Shown: piece by piece, positions 11,227 through 20,889 of the stretch
Position numbering within the stretch: the first letter of the stretch is position 1
Layout of the letters: every line of letters starts with the position of its first letter
Assembly (NCBI GenBank): GCA_046758965.1
Contig: JBHIBG010000001.1
Coordinates: forward strand, 83,914 to 147,913
Source: Candidatus Methylomirabilia bacterium
Lineage (GTDB): Bacteria > Methylomirabilota > Methylomirabilia > Rokubacteriales > CSP1-6
DNA: 64,000 nucleotides
Direction of reading: 5' to 3'
Made by a program: the position numbers and the translations under genes
The notes under the pieces: model-generated
Told to the model about the DNA's origin: nothing
The model's input: only the letters and a program-made list of their open reading frames with translations
Database searches by the model: none

Positions 11227-12857
11227 CGATACCCTTCCTCGCGGTCCCGCTCGATGAGATCGGCGGCACGAGCCGCCCGAGCGCCATAGCCGCCCCCTCC
11301 CGAAGTTTCGATGGTCACGAGGTCTCCGGGCCGGAGCGAGAGCGTCTCTTTCCCTTTCACCTCTCGGACCTCGCCGTCCCGCTCGAGCGTGATCCGGTAC
11401 GGCGAGCCGTCTGCCCCCTCGAAGGCTCCCCATGGGGCGACGACGCGACGCTCGAGCATCGTCGTCAGCGTTGCCTCTCCCAAAACCCGGTAGGCGCGCA
11501 CCTGCCCGAGGCCTCCGCAGTGCGCGCCGGCCCCGCCGCTCCCGGTCCTGAGCTCGTGACGGAGAACCTCGATCGGATACTCGCCCTCGATGACCTCGGT
11601 CGGGGTGTTCATGACGTTGGAGAGGTGCACGCGCACCGCATGGGCGCCATCGCGGTGATGAGCCGCCCCTTCCCCCCCTCCATGGACCTCGTAGAGGATG
11701 TACCACCGACCATCCCGTTTCCCCCCGAAAAGGAGCAGGCCCGAGGTCGTCGGCCCTCCCGCCGTGATCCGGTCGGGGATGCCGGGAGCCAGGGCTTTGA
11801 AAACCGCATCCACGACCCGCTGAGAGGTCTCGTGGTTTCCTCCCACCACCGGGGCGTCCGGCGAAGGGTTGAGGACCGTCCCGGGCGGCACCGCGACACG
11901 GATCGGTCGGTAGCAGCCGTCATTGGCGGGGATCTCCGGCCCCACCAGCGCCTTGAGACTGTAGTAGACGGCCGAGCAGGCCACATAGGGGGTGGTGTTC
12001 ACCGGCCCCTTCACCTGAGCTCCTGTTCGTGCGAAGTCAAAGCTCGCGCTATCGCCGCTGATCGTCACCCGGACCCGCACAGGAATCGGCCGATCCTCGA
12101 TCCCGTCGTCATCCACCCAGTCCTCGCCCTCGTAAGTCCCAGGGGGGATCGTCCGGATCGCTCCGCGCATCAGCGATTCGGATTCGGCCTGGAAGCGATC
12201 GAAGCAAGCGAGTACGGTCTCGACGCCGTAGCGCTCGAACAGCTCGCCGAGGCGGCGTGCGGCGACCTCGTTGGCCGCGTATTGGGCGAAGAGATCTCCC
12301 TCCCGCTCGTCCCGCCCGCGGAGGTTGCCCAGGATGAACTCCAGCGCCGAGCGCTCCGGACCCTTTCGGGTGAAGACGCGGATGGGGGGGATGCGGAGCC
12401 CTTCCTGGTAGGCCTCAGTTGCCCACGGAACGTAGCTGCCGGGCACAGCGCCGCCGATGTCGGCCCAGTGCGCGAGGCTGATGGCGAACGCGACCACACG
12501 TCCCCCGAAAAAGACGGGGCGGATCGCCTTCACGTCCGGCAGATGATTGCCGCCGACCTCGGGGAGGTTCAAGTAGTACTGGTCGCCCTCCCGCAGCTGG
12601 CGGCGCGGGATCCGCTTGAGGAACTCTGTTACGGTGAAGGCCATGACGCCGAGGTGGATGGGGATGTCTTTCCCCTGGGCGATCAGCCGCCCGCGGGCGT
12701 CGGTGAGGGCGCTCGACAGGTCGCCGGCTTCTTTGAGAAGTGGGGAGCGCGCGGAGCGCATGACGATGACGCTCATCTCCTCGGCGATGGCGAAGACGGC
12801 GTTGCGCACCACCTCCGCTGTGATGGGGTTCACGGTGCTCCGCTTCGACGGCTTCAC
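11223..12857 (-). CDS. Hydantoinase B/oxoprolinase-family subunit
   Basis: RSARSPLLKEAGDLS, GGNHLPD, HWADIGG, QEGLRIPP, NTPTEVIE, GGGGYG. Confidence 0.93.
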   Translation of the reverse strand: MKPSKRSTVNPITAEVVRNAVFAIAEEMSVIVMRSARSPLLKEAGDLSSALTDARGRLIAQGKDIPIHLGVMAFTVTEFLKRIPRRQLREGDQYYLNLPEVGGNHLPDVKAIRPVFFGGRVVAFAISLAHWADIGGAVPGSYVPWATEAYQEGLRIPPIRVFTRKGPERSALEFILGNLRGRDEREGDLFAQYAANEVAARRLGELFERYGVETVLACFDRFQAESESLMRGAIRTIPPGTYEGEDWVDDDGIEDRPIPVRVRVTISGDSASFDFARTGAQVKGPVNTTPYVACSAVYYSLKALVGPEIPANDGCYRPIRVAVPPGTVLNPSPDAPVVGGNHETSQRVVDAVFKALAPGIPDRITAGGPTTSGLLLFGGKRDGRWYILYEVHGGGEGAAHHRDGAHAVRVHLSNVMNTPTEVIEGEYPIEVLRHELRTGSGGAGAHCGGLGQVRAYRVLGEATLTTMLERRVVAPWGAFEGADGSPYRITLERDGEVREVKGKETLSLRPGDLVTIETSGGGGYGARAARAADLIERDREEGYR

Positions 12858-14851
12858 GGGCGCACCTCCAGGTGCAGGTTGCCGAAGCGGTCGAGCTGGC
12901 CTCGCTGACCGGGGTAGATCAGGGTCGTGGCCCAGGGGTCCTCGATGAGGGCGGGACCCTTCAGCGGCTGATCAGGCGCCAGGTCGTCCCGCCGGTAGAC
13001 CGGCAGCGGCGTCTCCCCGGTCTCGTGAAAGTACGCCTTGTGCTCCGAAAACGCCTGCCCGTGGCCCCCGGCCGACCACTCCGGCAGACGGACCTCATCC
13101 GCCCTCGCCAGCGCCCGCACGCGGAGGTTCACGCACTCGATGGCCTCGCCCGTGGCGTAGGCGTAGAGCTGCTGGTGAAGGCCCTGGAAATCCCGGCGGA
13201 GCGTGGCGACCTCGCCGCGCCAGGGGACCGTCAGCTCGTAGTTCTGGCCGACATACCGGAGATCCACGCTTCTCAGGAGCGCGATCCCGTCCGCCGCGTA
13301 CCCCTCCGCCCGGAGCGGCTGTGCGACCTGAGCTTCGAGCCTCAGAAAGCGCCGGCCCAACTCCTCGGCGGTGAGCACCCCCAGCGAGGCCCGGTAGGTC
13401 TGAACCTGATCATAGGCGATGTCGGTCACCACGCAGCCGAGGGCAGAGAACACACCGGCGTGAGCGGGAACCACCACCCGTGGCATGCCGAGTTCTTGGG
13501 CGAGCCGCCCGGCGTGCAGGGGTCCTGCCCCGCCGTAGGCGACGAGCGCGAAGTCGCGAAGGTCGAAGCCCCGCTGGACCGAGATGAGCCGGATCGCCCG
13601 AAGCATCGCCGAGTTGGCCACCTCCAGCGCACCGCCCGCTGCCTCGGCCGGGGAGAGTCCCAGGCGCGAGGCGACCGGTGCCAGCGCCATCTGTGCTCGC
13701 TCGCGATCCACGCGGATCGTCCCTCCGAGCACGGCATCCGGCCGGAGTGTGCCCGCGACCACATGGGCATCCGTCACCGTGGCTCCCTCCCCTCCCAGTC
13801 CGTAGCAGGCTGGGCCGGGGCGGGCTCCAGCGCTCTGCGGCCCCACCCGGAGACCGCCCGCCGGGTCGAGCCAAATGAGGGAACCCCCTCCAGCGCCGAT
13901 GGATTCCACCGCGAGCGAGGGAAGGCGGATCGGGTGCCCCCCGAGCCTTCGCTGAGGAAGGGTCTGGGCCACCCCCGCTGCGATGAGGCAGACGTCCGTG
14001 GTCGTCCCTCCCATGTCGAAAGCGATCGCGTTCCGAAGCCCCAGACGCTCGGTCAGATACGCGGAGGCCGCCACACCCCCTGCCGGGCCGGAGACTGCCA
14101 TCGCCAGCGGACGCCGGCGAGCCGCGGCAGCGGACATCATCCCGCCGTTGGACTGCAACAGGCGCAGCGGCCCGCGGAAGCCCTCGCGCTCCAGGGACGC
14201 TTCGAGCTCAGCCAGGTACCGGTCACCCAGCGGCATCACCTTCGCATTCAGAGCTGTCGTCGCCGAGCGCTCGTACTCGCGGAACTCCGCGTTGATCTCG
14301 TGGGAAGCCGAGACATACGGGAAGCTCCGGGCCAGCGCCGCCGCGAGGCGGGCCTCATGCTCCGGGGCCGCGTAGCTATGAAGGAGGCAGACCGCAACCG
14401 CTTCCACCCCGAAAGCCTGGAGCGCCGCGACGAGGGCCGGTACCTCGTCCTCCGCCAGAGGAACGAGCACCCGCCCGTCGTGAGCCACCCGCTCGGTCAC
14501 CTCGAACCGCAGTCGCCGTGGGATGAGCGGTGGAGGCTTAGGGGGGAAGTCCATGCGGTAGAGGTCCGCTCGATTCTGGCGGCCGATCTCGAGGATGTCA
14601 CGGAAGTGCCGGGTAGTGATGAGAGCGGGCATGGCGCCCCGTCCCTCGATGATCGCGTTGGTCACGATAGTCGTGCCGTGGGCGATGGCGTCCGCCGCGG
14701 AGCCGATCGCCCGCAACCCCTCGAGCACCCCTCGCGCCGGGGCCTCGGGAGTGGTGAGAACCTTCACTGAAGAGAGCTCTCCGCCTTCCTCGCGACACGC
14801 GACAAGGTCGGTGAAGGTGCCGCCGACGTCCACTCCGATGCGGCGACTCAT
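12854..14851 (-). CDS. Hydantoinase A/oxoprolinase-family ATP-binding subunit
   Basis: IGVDVGGTFTD, HGTTIVTNA, SGPAGG, DMGGTTTD, GAGGGS, SAGARPGPACY, YGGAGPLH. Confidence 0.94.
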   Translation of the reverse strand: MSRRIGVDVGGTFTDLVACREEGGELSSVKVLTTPEAPARGVLEGLRAIGSAADAIAHGTTIVTNAIIEGRGAMPALITTRHFRDILEIGRQNRADLYRMDFPPKPPPLIPRRLRFEVTERVAHDGRVLVPLAEDEVPALVAALQAFGVEAVAVCLLHSYAAPEHEARLAAALARSFPYVSASHEINAEFREYERSATTALNAKVMPLGDRYLAELEASLEREGFRGPLRLLQSNGGMMSAAAARRRPLAMAVSGPAGGVAASAYLTERLGLRNAIAFDMGGTTTDVCLIAAGVAQTLPQRRLGGHPIRLPSLAVESIGAGGGSLIWLDPAGGLRVGPQSAGARPGPACYGLGGEGATVTDAHVVAGTLRPDAVLGGTIRVDRERAQMALAPVASRLGLSPAEAAGGALEVANSAMLRAIRLISVQRGFDLRDFALVAYGGAGPLHAGRLAQELGMPRVVVPAHAGVFSALGCVVTDIAYDQVQTYRASLGVLTAEELGRRFLRLEAQVAQPLRAEGYAADGIALLRSVDLRYVGQNYELTVPWRGEVATLRRDFQGLHQQLYAYATGEAIECVNLRVRALARADEVRLPEWSAGGHGQAFSEHKAYFHETGETPLPVYRRDDLAPDQPLKGPALIEDPWATTLIYPGQRGQLDRFGNLHLEVRP

Positions 14852-14860
14852 GGCGCGCCT

Positions 14861-14889
14861 AGACTATAGAGAAAAGGCGAGCCTGTCAA
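14861..14889 (-). promoter_or_regulatory. Putative sigma70 promoter of the catabolic operon
   Basis: TTGACA-N17-TAGTCT with only 9 nt between the -10 box and the ATG. Confidence 0.6.
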
Positions 14890-14939
14890 AGCGCGTGGAG
14901 GCGGCGTGCGCTCGCCCCGGTCAGCTCCCCGCGCGGTCC

Positions 14940-15690
14940 GTGAGCGTCAAGAGAGGCGGGGGCGGACCCGACCCTGCCGCGGCGAGCCTCTTCCTCCCGG
15001 CCTCCGCCCTGTTCGCCTTCTTCCTTGCCCCTCTCGTTCTGATGCTCCTCTACAGCGTCTTCTCCTTGAACGAGGCTGATCAAATCGTCGCCGACCTCAC
15101 CTTCGGGAACTACTGGGACGTTCTCTCGAAACCCCTCTACTACCGGGCGCTGCTGAACACCTTCTGGATCGCCGTGAAGGTGGCCCTCCTCTCCCTTCCC
15201 CTGGCCTACCCCCTCGCGTACTTCGTGGCGACCGCACCGAAGCGCTACCGGAACCTCCTCTTGGCCCTGGTCATCATCCCGTTCTGGGCGAGCTACCTCG
15301 TGCGGACCTTTGCCTGATGACTATCTTCATGAACCAGGGGGTCCTGGAGAGCCTCACGGCCTTGCTTTCCCCGCTCATCGAGCCCGTGAAGCTCCTCTAG
15401 TCATCTCATGCCGTCACCATCGGCTTCATCCATGTCTTTCTCCCCTTCATGATCCTACCGATGTATGTCTCCATCGCCAACCTGGACCCTGACCAGCTGG
15501 AGGCCGCCTCGGACCTCGGAGCAGGCCGCCTCAGGACGTTCCTGCGGGTCACGCTCACTCTGACCTTGCCGGGCATCGTGGCGGGATCCATCCTTGTGTG
15601 TATCCCTACCGTCGGCTCGCCTGTAACTCCGAAACCGCTCGGGGGGGTCAGCGACATCATGATCGGCAACATCATCGAGCGGGAGTTTGG
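14940..15690 (+). pseudogene. Polyamine-type ABC permease (PotB-like) pseudogene
   Basis: LAYPLAY...PFWASYLVRTFA then a 1-nt frameshift at ~15316, an in-frame TAG at ~15398, then LPFMILPMY...EAASDLGA...LTLPGIVAG. Confidence 0.85.
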
Positions 15691-16298
15691 ACGAGCCCCT
15701 GGGCCCTCTCGACCTCAAGCTTCGGAAAGAGATGCAGGTGGAGCTGAAGAAGCTCCAGCACGACGTCGGGATCACCTTTCTCTGCGTCACCCACGACCAG
15801 GAGGAAGCCCTGGCGATGAGCGACCGCGTGGCGGTGATCGACCATGGGCGGATCGAGCAGGTAGGGACGCCCCAGGAGATCTACGAGCGGCCCGCCACGC
15901 CTTTCGTCGCCAGCTTCATCGGGGAGACGAACCTGATCGAGGGCGTGGTGGAGAGCAGCGACGAGATCCCCGCCCGAATCAGCAACGGGAAGATCGGCTT
16001 CCTCATCCGCCTGCCTCGCCCTATCCCGGCAGGCAGCCGCATCACCGTCTCCCTCCGGCCGGAGAAGGTCGCAGTCCGCCCCGACCCCCGAAAGGTCTCG
16101 AACATCTTTCAAGCCACCGTCCGGGGAGAGGTCTACCTGGGCTCCCTCCTCCGCTTCGAGGTGGAGTTGGAGGGAGGGCAGGTCCTCTGGGTCGCCCGGC
16201 AGCTCCAGTTCGAGGAGGACTACCTGAGACCGGGCGAGAATGTCACGGTGGGTTGGGGCCCGGAGAGCCGCACCCTCGTGGAGGGTGTCCCCCCCTGA
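15687..16298 (+). pseudogene. C-terminal half of a polyamine-type ABC ATPase (PotA-like)
   Basis: Begins at Walker [10 protein letters not shown], then [24 protein letters not shown] and a TOBE-like tail; no Walker A or signature motif. Confidence 0.85.
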
Positions 16299-16495
16299 CC
16301 ATGACCCGGCGCTCGAACCGAGCACCGTGCTGGGCCCCTGCTTGACGGATCACCCGCGCATCCACCCGCATCAGTCCCCGCCTTCCACCTCCGACAGTGA
16401 CACCGTTAGCTCGTGAGACCCCAGCGGCACCCGTTCCCGTCAACCCCACTGTCCGGGCCGCCTCGGGAGCGCTCGCCGGGCGTGCAGGGTCCGCT

Positions 16496-16861
16496 TCAGG
16501 GGCGGTCACGCCTGAGGAGCGCTCGAAGCTCCAGGAGCTGTCGCCGTACCCGCTTCAGGACCTCGCCGTGTACCGCCTCTTTCACGCCCGGCTCGAGGTC
16601 GTGACCGTGTTTCCGGGATTCGGCAATGAGCCGCTTCTTGGCGCCTTCCAGGGTGAGCCGTTCCTCGTAGAGGAGGGACTTGATGCGGGTCACCAGATCC
16701 AGATCGCGTTTCGTGTAAAGCCGCTGCCCTGCGGGGTTCTTCTTGGGCCGGAGGAGTTTGAACTCGGATTCCCAGTAGCGAAGGACGTACGCAGGAGTCT
16801 CCGTGAGCGCCTCGGCCTCGCCGATCCGGTAGTAGAGCTTCTCCGGGAACTCCTGGGCCAT
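16496..16861 (-). CDS. MerR-family HTH regulator (ihfA-linked type)
   Basis: KLYYRIGE...YVLRYWESEF..LRPKK..GQRLY...LLYEERLTLEGAKK. Confidence 0.9.
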   Translation of the reverse strand: MAQEFPEKLYYRIGEAEALTETPAYVLRYWESEFKLLRPKKNPAGQRLYTKRDLDLVTRIKSLLYEERLTLEGAKKRLIAESRKHGHDLEPGVKEAVHGEVLKRVRRQLLELRALLRRDRP

Positions 16862-16876
16862 GACCCCAGGGCGAGA

Positions 16877-17158
16877 CTACTGGTTGAGCCGGAGCTTGAG
16901 GCCCTTGCTCGGCTTGAACGTGAGCACCTTTCTGGCAGTGATCTCGATGCTCTCCCCGGTCTGGGGATTCCGGCCGCGGCGGGGAGCCTTCTTCCTGATG
17001 CGGAAGTGTCCGAAGCCGACGATCTTCACGTCGTCGCCCTGGTCGAAGGACCGGAAGATGGTGTCGAAGACCGACTCCACCACCGCCGCGGACTGCCGCT
17101 TCGAGAGGCCGTGTGCCGCCACTGCGTTGATGAGATCGTTCTTCGTCACGGCACTCAC
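16877..17158 (-). CDS. ihfA: Integration host factor alpha
   Basis: VKIVGFGHF, RRGRNPQTGE, TFKPS; immediately upstream of merR, the usual ihfA context. Confidence 0.85.
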   Translation of the reverse strand: MSAVTKNDLINAVAAHGLSKRQSAAVVESVFDTIFRSFDQGDDVKIVGFGHFRIRKKAPRRGRNPQTGESIEITARKVLTFKPSKGLKLRLNQ

Positions 17159-17490
17159 CTCCCCCCCGTTCGCACGGCTTCATCAACCCAGGCCAGGTAG
17201 CTCGGCGAGCCTGCCTCCACCGGGAGAGCCAGGACTTCAGGGACCGAGTAGGTATGCAGTTCGAACACCCGGCGCTGGAGCGCTTCATAGCGCTCCCGGC
17301 TCGTCTTGATCACGAGGAGCGCTTCGGATTCCTCCTGGAGCTGCCCTTCCCAGAAGAAGACCGACCGGAGCCCGGGCACCACGTTCACGCAGGCAGCCAG
17401 GTGCTCGGCCACCACCGCTCGGGCGATCCGTTGCCCCTCTTCGACTGAAGGGGTCGTCACGAGGACAACCAGCGCGCCACGGGGGATCAC
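17155..17490 (-). CDS. cutA: CutA divalent-cation tolerance family protein
   Basis: LAACVNVVP, SVFFWEG, LLVIKT, LHTYSVPE. Confidence 0.92.
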   Translation of the reverse strand: MIPRGALVVLVTTPSVEEGQRIARAVVAEHLAACVNVVPGLRSVFFWEGQLQEESEALLVIKTSRERYEALQRRVFELHTYSVPEVLALPVEAGSPSYLAWVDEAVRTGGR

Positions 17491-18365
17491 TCTCCCGCTT
17501 CCTTCATGACGAAGCCGGCAAACCCCTTCTTGGCAAGCTCGGCCAGAGCCGCCTCGGCTCGTTTCCGGCTCGGGTACGCTCCCGCGCGTACGACGTGGAG
17601 CGTGACACTCCCCCTGCTCCGGCGGATCCTCACGGTGAACCCTTCGCCGGACAGCTCTCTCGCGATGGCGACCGCCTCCTTCAGCGAGGGGAGCGACCGA
17701 ATCACCACTCCGTCCGAGCCTGCCTCAGTCTGGTACGGCCTTCCAAGCAGCTTCCCATCCACGTCGCGTTTGGACGCGCCTACGACCACCACCTCGTGGC
17801 CCCGCTCCAGAGGCCGGGAGCGGGTGGCTCGACCGACGGGGAACCGTGCCGCTGAGAGTTTGGCCGCGAGTTGCTCGGCGTAGGCTGGGTTCTTGAACGC
17901 CCCCACCTGGACCCAGTACGTCCCTTTCTCGAGGGTGGCCCTCGCCTCCCTCGGAGCGCGGGGCTCCCGGACCTGGGGCTTCGGCAGGGGTGGCGCCTTC
18001 GGCCTGGCTTGAGGAGCTTTGGCAGTCACCGGCGGCGGAGGGGGGGCCCGCTCGGGTTTGGGCGCGGGAGCGGCCGGAGTGGGTCTCGGCTCCTCAGCTC
18101 GCCTCCGGCTGGGCAATCCCGCGGGAGGCGCCGTCGGCTTCGGCAGCGCCGGGCCCTGTGAAAGCGCCGGAGGAACAGGCGGCGGTGCGGCCGGCGGCTT
18201 TACTGTTGGGGCGGGAGCTGTCATGAGCGGGGGAGGCGGAGGCGGGGCGGGGAACCACCAGTCCAACAGATAGGGGAGCGCCAAGACCGCTACCACGAGG
18301 AAGGCGATCCCGCCTAGGAGCAGACGAAACCACGACTCCTGAAAGATGCTCCGGGCTGGGCTCAT
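17487..18365 (-). CDS. SPOR-domain membrane-anchored protein
   Basis: N-terminal TM, Pro/Ala linker, YWVQVGAFKN and HVVRAGAYPSRKRAEA SPOR motifs. Confidence 0.85.
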   Translation of the reverse strand: MSPARSIFQESWFRLLLGGIAFLVVAVLALPYLLDWWFPAPPPPPPLMTAPAPTVKPPAAPPPVPPALSQGPALPKPTAPPAGLPSRRRAEEPRPTPAAPAPKPERAPPPPPVTAKAPQARPKAPPLPKPQVREPRAPREARATLEKGTYWVQVGAFKNPAYAEQLAAKLSAARFPVGRATRSRPLERGHEVVVVGASKRDVDGKLLGRPYQTEAGSDGVVIRSLPSLKEAVAIARELSGEGFTVRIRRSRGSVTLHVVRAGAYPSRKRAEAALAELAKKGFAGFVMKEAGE

Positions 18366-18451
18366 AATTCCGCCTTATCTTAGCACAGTCGAAAAGCAAC
18401 AAAAAAACCGCCTTGGCGCTGGCCCCGTCCGGCGTGGAGGGCGCCGGCCCG

Positions 18452-19405
18452 TCACTGTCCGGAGGCTTCTCGTAGGGCTGCCCTGGACTGTCGAGCCCGA
18501 AGAAAAACCAGGTCATCGACATAGGCCTCGGCCTGGCTTCGGGTGTCGTCAGAGTCGATCATCACAGCCACCATCCCGATCCGGGGGGGCTCGCCGCCGA
18601 AGAGCTCCACGTAGTCCTGATAGACGTTCCGCTCTTCCCTGACCCAACGGCCCAACTCGGCCGCCCCGCTGCGGAGTACCACGAGCTTCACGTTGGAGGC
18701 CTTGGGGCTGGTGAGCTTCAACCCCACGGGCGCTACGCTGTCCCAGACATAGCCCATCACGGAGCTTTCGGTCCGGGGGGACGGCCACCGGACAAAGACC
18801 AGGTATATCTGAGCGGCCTGGTCGTCGCGGCTGAGCTCCCTGACGTCGCCGCCCGTTGGAAGCCGGGTGACTTTCCACCACCAGGTGAGGATCGGGAACT
18901 GCTTGAGATTCACAATCACGTCTTGATAGAGGGCGAAGGAGGTCTGAACGCTGCCGAGACGGAACGCGACACGGGACTCTTCCTGCACCACCTGAACCCG
19001 GGCTGGCCCTACGAACTCCTTGAGATTCCAGGCCGGAGGAATCTCCCGGCTCGGCAGCCTGGTCCACGGGGTGGCCAACACCTTCACCGCTAACTCCCGT
19101 CCCACCCTTCCGTCTGGACCTCGCGCGGTCTGACCGGGGACTCCGCCCACGGCCGCGGACTCCACCGCCGCCGTTGGAGCCTGCGGCGAAAGCCCCTGGT
19201 CGCGACTGGGAGGGGGCGGGGCTGACCTGCCAAGGCGGCCCGCGGAGTGGGGATCGGGAGGCGAGAGGAACCGGCCGTAAAACTGGCGGTGTCTCGGGCT
19301 GGCGAGCATGACGGCTATCACCGCCAGAACTACCAGGATCGCAAAGACAGCGAGCCCGCCGGTCCCCGAACGCCGCCTGGACACCGCTCTCCTACCGTCT
19401 CTCAC
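18452..19405 (-). CDS. DUF3047-family protein with N-terminal TM
   Basis: PILTWWWKV, DDQAAQIY, YVWD, WVREERNVYQDY, MIDSDDT. Confidence 0.75.
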   Translation of the reverse strand: MRDGRRAVSRRRSGTGGLAVFAILVVLAVIAVMLASPRHRQFYGRFLSPPDPHSAGRLGRSAPPPPSRDQGLSPQAPTAAVESAAVGGVPGQTARGPDGRVGRELAVKVLATPWTRLPSREIPPAWNLKEFVGPARVQVVQEESRVAFRLGSVQTSFALYQDVIVNLKQFPILTWWWKVTRLPTGGDVRELSRDDQAAQIYLVFVRWPSPRTESSVMGYVWDSVAPVGLKLTSPKASNVKLVVLRSGAAELGRWVREERNVYQDYVELFGGEPPRIGMVAVMIDSDDTRSQAEAYVDDLVFLRARQSRAALREASGQ

Positions 19406-20759
19406 GCCTGACCCGTGCTCGCCGAAAGGCGAGCTGCACGGGCGATCCTGTGAAGCCGAAGGCCTGGCGCAGGGTGTTCACCAGGTATCGCTCGTACGAG
19501 AAGTGTATGCCATCCGGCCGGTTGACCCGCACGACGAAGGTGGGAGGCATGGTCCGGACCTGGGAGGCCGAGTGGAGGGCGAGGGGGATACCTCCGGGAG
19601 TGATCGGGCGGCGCTCCACCGCCTGCGCCAGGATCTTGGTCAGCAGTTCGGGCGGGATGCGCTTGGCGGCCTCCTCGCTGACCTGGTCCACCAGGTCAAA
19701 GAGATCGTCGAGCCCGAGGCCGGTGGCCGCTGAGACGAAGGCTACCGGCGCGTACTCGACGAACGGGAGCCGGTCATGAATCTGGCCCGTGATCTCCGCG
19801 CGCCTCGCCGATCCCCGAGGGACCAGGTCCCACTTGTTCACGGCAAGCACCGTCGCTCGTCCGGACTCCTGGGCATAGCCGGCAATGTGAGCATCTTGGG
19901 CTCTGACCCCCTCGGTGGCATCCAGGAGCAGCACCGCCACCTGGCAGCGCTCCAGGCTCTTCAGGGCCATCATCACCGACAGCTTTTCCAGAGGCTCACG
20001 GACGCGGCCTTTCCGGCGAATCCCCGCCGTGTCAATGAGGAGGTAGGAGCGGCCTCGGTACGAGACAGGGGTATCCACCGCATCGCGGGTGGTTCCGGGG
20101 GCCTCGTGGACGAGGACGCGGTCGGTTCCCAGGAGGGCGTTGACCAGCGAGGACTTCCCCACGTTCGGGCGACCGATGATCGCCACGCCAATGGGCTCGC
20201 CTCTGCCTACGCTGCCCGTAGCGTGTCGCACCTGGCGGGGCTCCTCCCTCCCGGCGCCGATCCCCTCCCCGATCGCCATGACCGCCTCGAGAAGCTCGGC
20301 CACGCTCCGGCCGTGCTCGGCCGACACCGGGTACAGGTGTGGGAATCCGAGCTCGTAGAGCTCCCCGAGTTGGGCCTCCTGGCCAGGACCCTCCACCTTG
20401 TTCGCCACCACGACCACCGCGCGTCGGGAGCGCCTGAGGACCTGCCCGATCTCGAGATCGAGGGGCGTGACGCCGGCCCGGCCATCTACCACGAAGAGAA
20501 TGAGATGGGCCTCCTCGATCGCGGTCAGCACCTGCCGCCTGACCGCGTCGGTGAGGTCATGCTCGGCTGAGGGGTCGAAGCCTCCGGTGTCCACGACGGT
20601 AGCGTGCCAGCGGCCGAAGCTGACCTCGCTGTAGAGCCGATCGCGCGTCACTCCGGGAACGTCGCGGACCAGGGCCTGGCGCCTCCCGACAAGGCGGTTG
20701 AAAAGCGTGGACTTCCCCACGTTGGGCCGGCCCACGATGGCGATCACCGGCACGCCCAC
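19392..20759 (-). CDS. der: Ribosome biogenesis GTPase Der (EngA)
   Basis: Two GRPNVGKS domains, GVTRD/GTTRD, DTGG/DTAG, SYERYL tail. Confidence 0.96.
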   Translation of the reverse strand: MGVPVIAIVGRPNVGKSTLFNRLVGRRQALVRDVPGVTRDRLYSEVSFGRWHATVVDTGGFDPSAEHDLTDAVRRQVLTAIEEAHLILFVVDGRAGVTPLDLEIGQVLRRSRRAVVVVANKVEGPGQEAQLGELYELGFPHLYPVSAEHGRSVAELLEAVMAIGEGIGAGREEPRQVRHATGSVGRGEPIGVAIIGRPNVGKSSLVNALLGTDRVLVHEAPGTTRDAVDTPVSYRGRSYLLIDTAGIRRKGRVREPLEKLSVMMALKSLERCQVAVLLLDATEGVRAQDAHIAGYAQESGRATVLAVNKWDLVPRGSARRAEITGQIHDRLPFVEYAPVAFVSAATGLGLDDLFDLVDQVSEEAAKRIPPELLTKILAQAVERRPITPGGIPLALHSASQVRTMPPTFVVRVNRPDGIHFSYERYLVNTLRQAFGFTGSPVQLAFRRARVRRERR

Positions 20760-20762
20760 AGG

Positions 20763-20882
20763 CTACTCCCACAGAAGGCGCTCCCCGGGCGCTCGCGGGG
20801 AGGACCCGACTACCGCCACCGGCACGCCCGGGTGGAAGGTCAGGTCGGCTGCCGGGTTCGCCCGGGGCACCTTGCTGTTCAC
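20763..20882 (-). other. 39-aa small ORF, possible gene relic
   Basis: GTG start: VNSKVPRANPAADLTFHPGVPVAVVGSSPRAPGERLLWE*; fills the pgsA-der gap. Confidence 0.3.
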
Positions 20883-20889
20883 CAAGCCC

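Noticed and set aside
12872..14770. 632-aa plus-strand ORF
   Set aside because: Antisense shadow of hydantoinase A, typical of high-GC codon bias.
16307..16327. Hairpin with a GGTTCGAG T-loop-like sequence
   Set aside because: No cloverleaf or match to the tRNA and no U-tract, so neither a tRNA relic nor a terminator can be supported.
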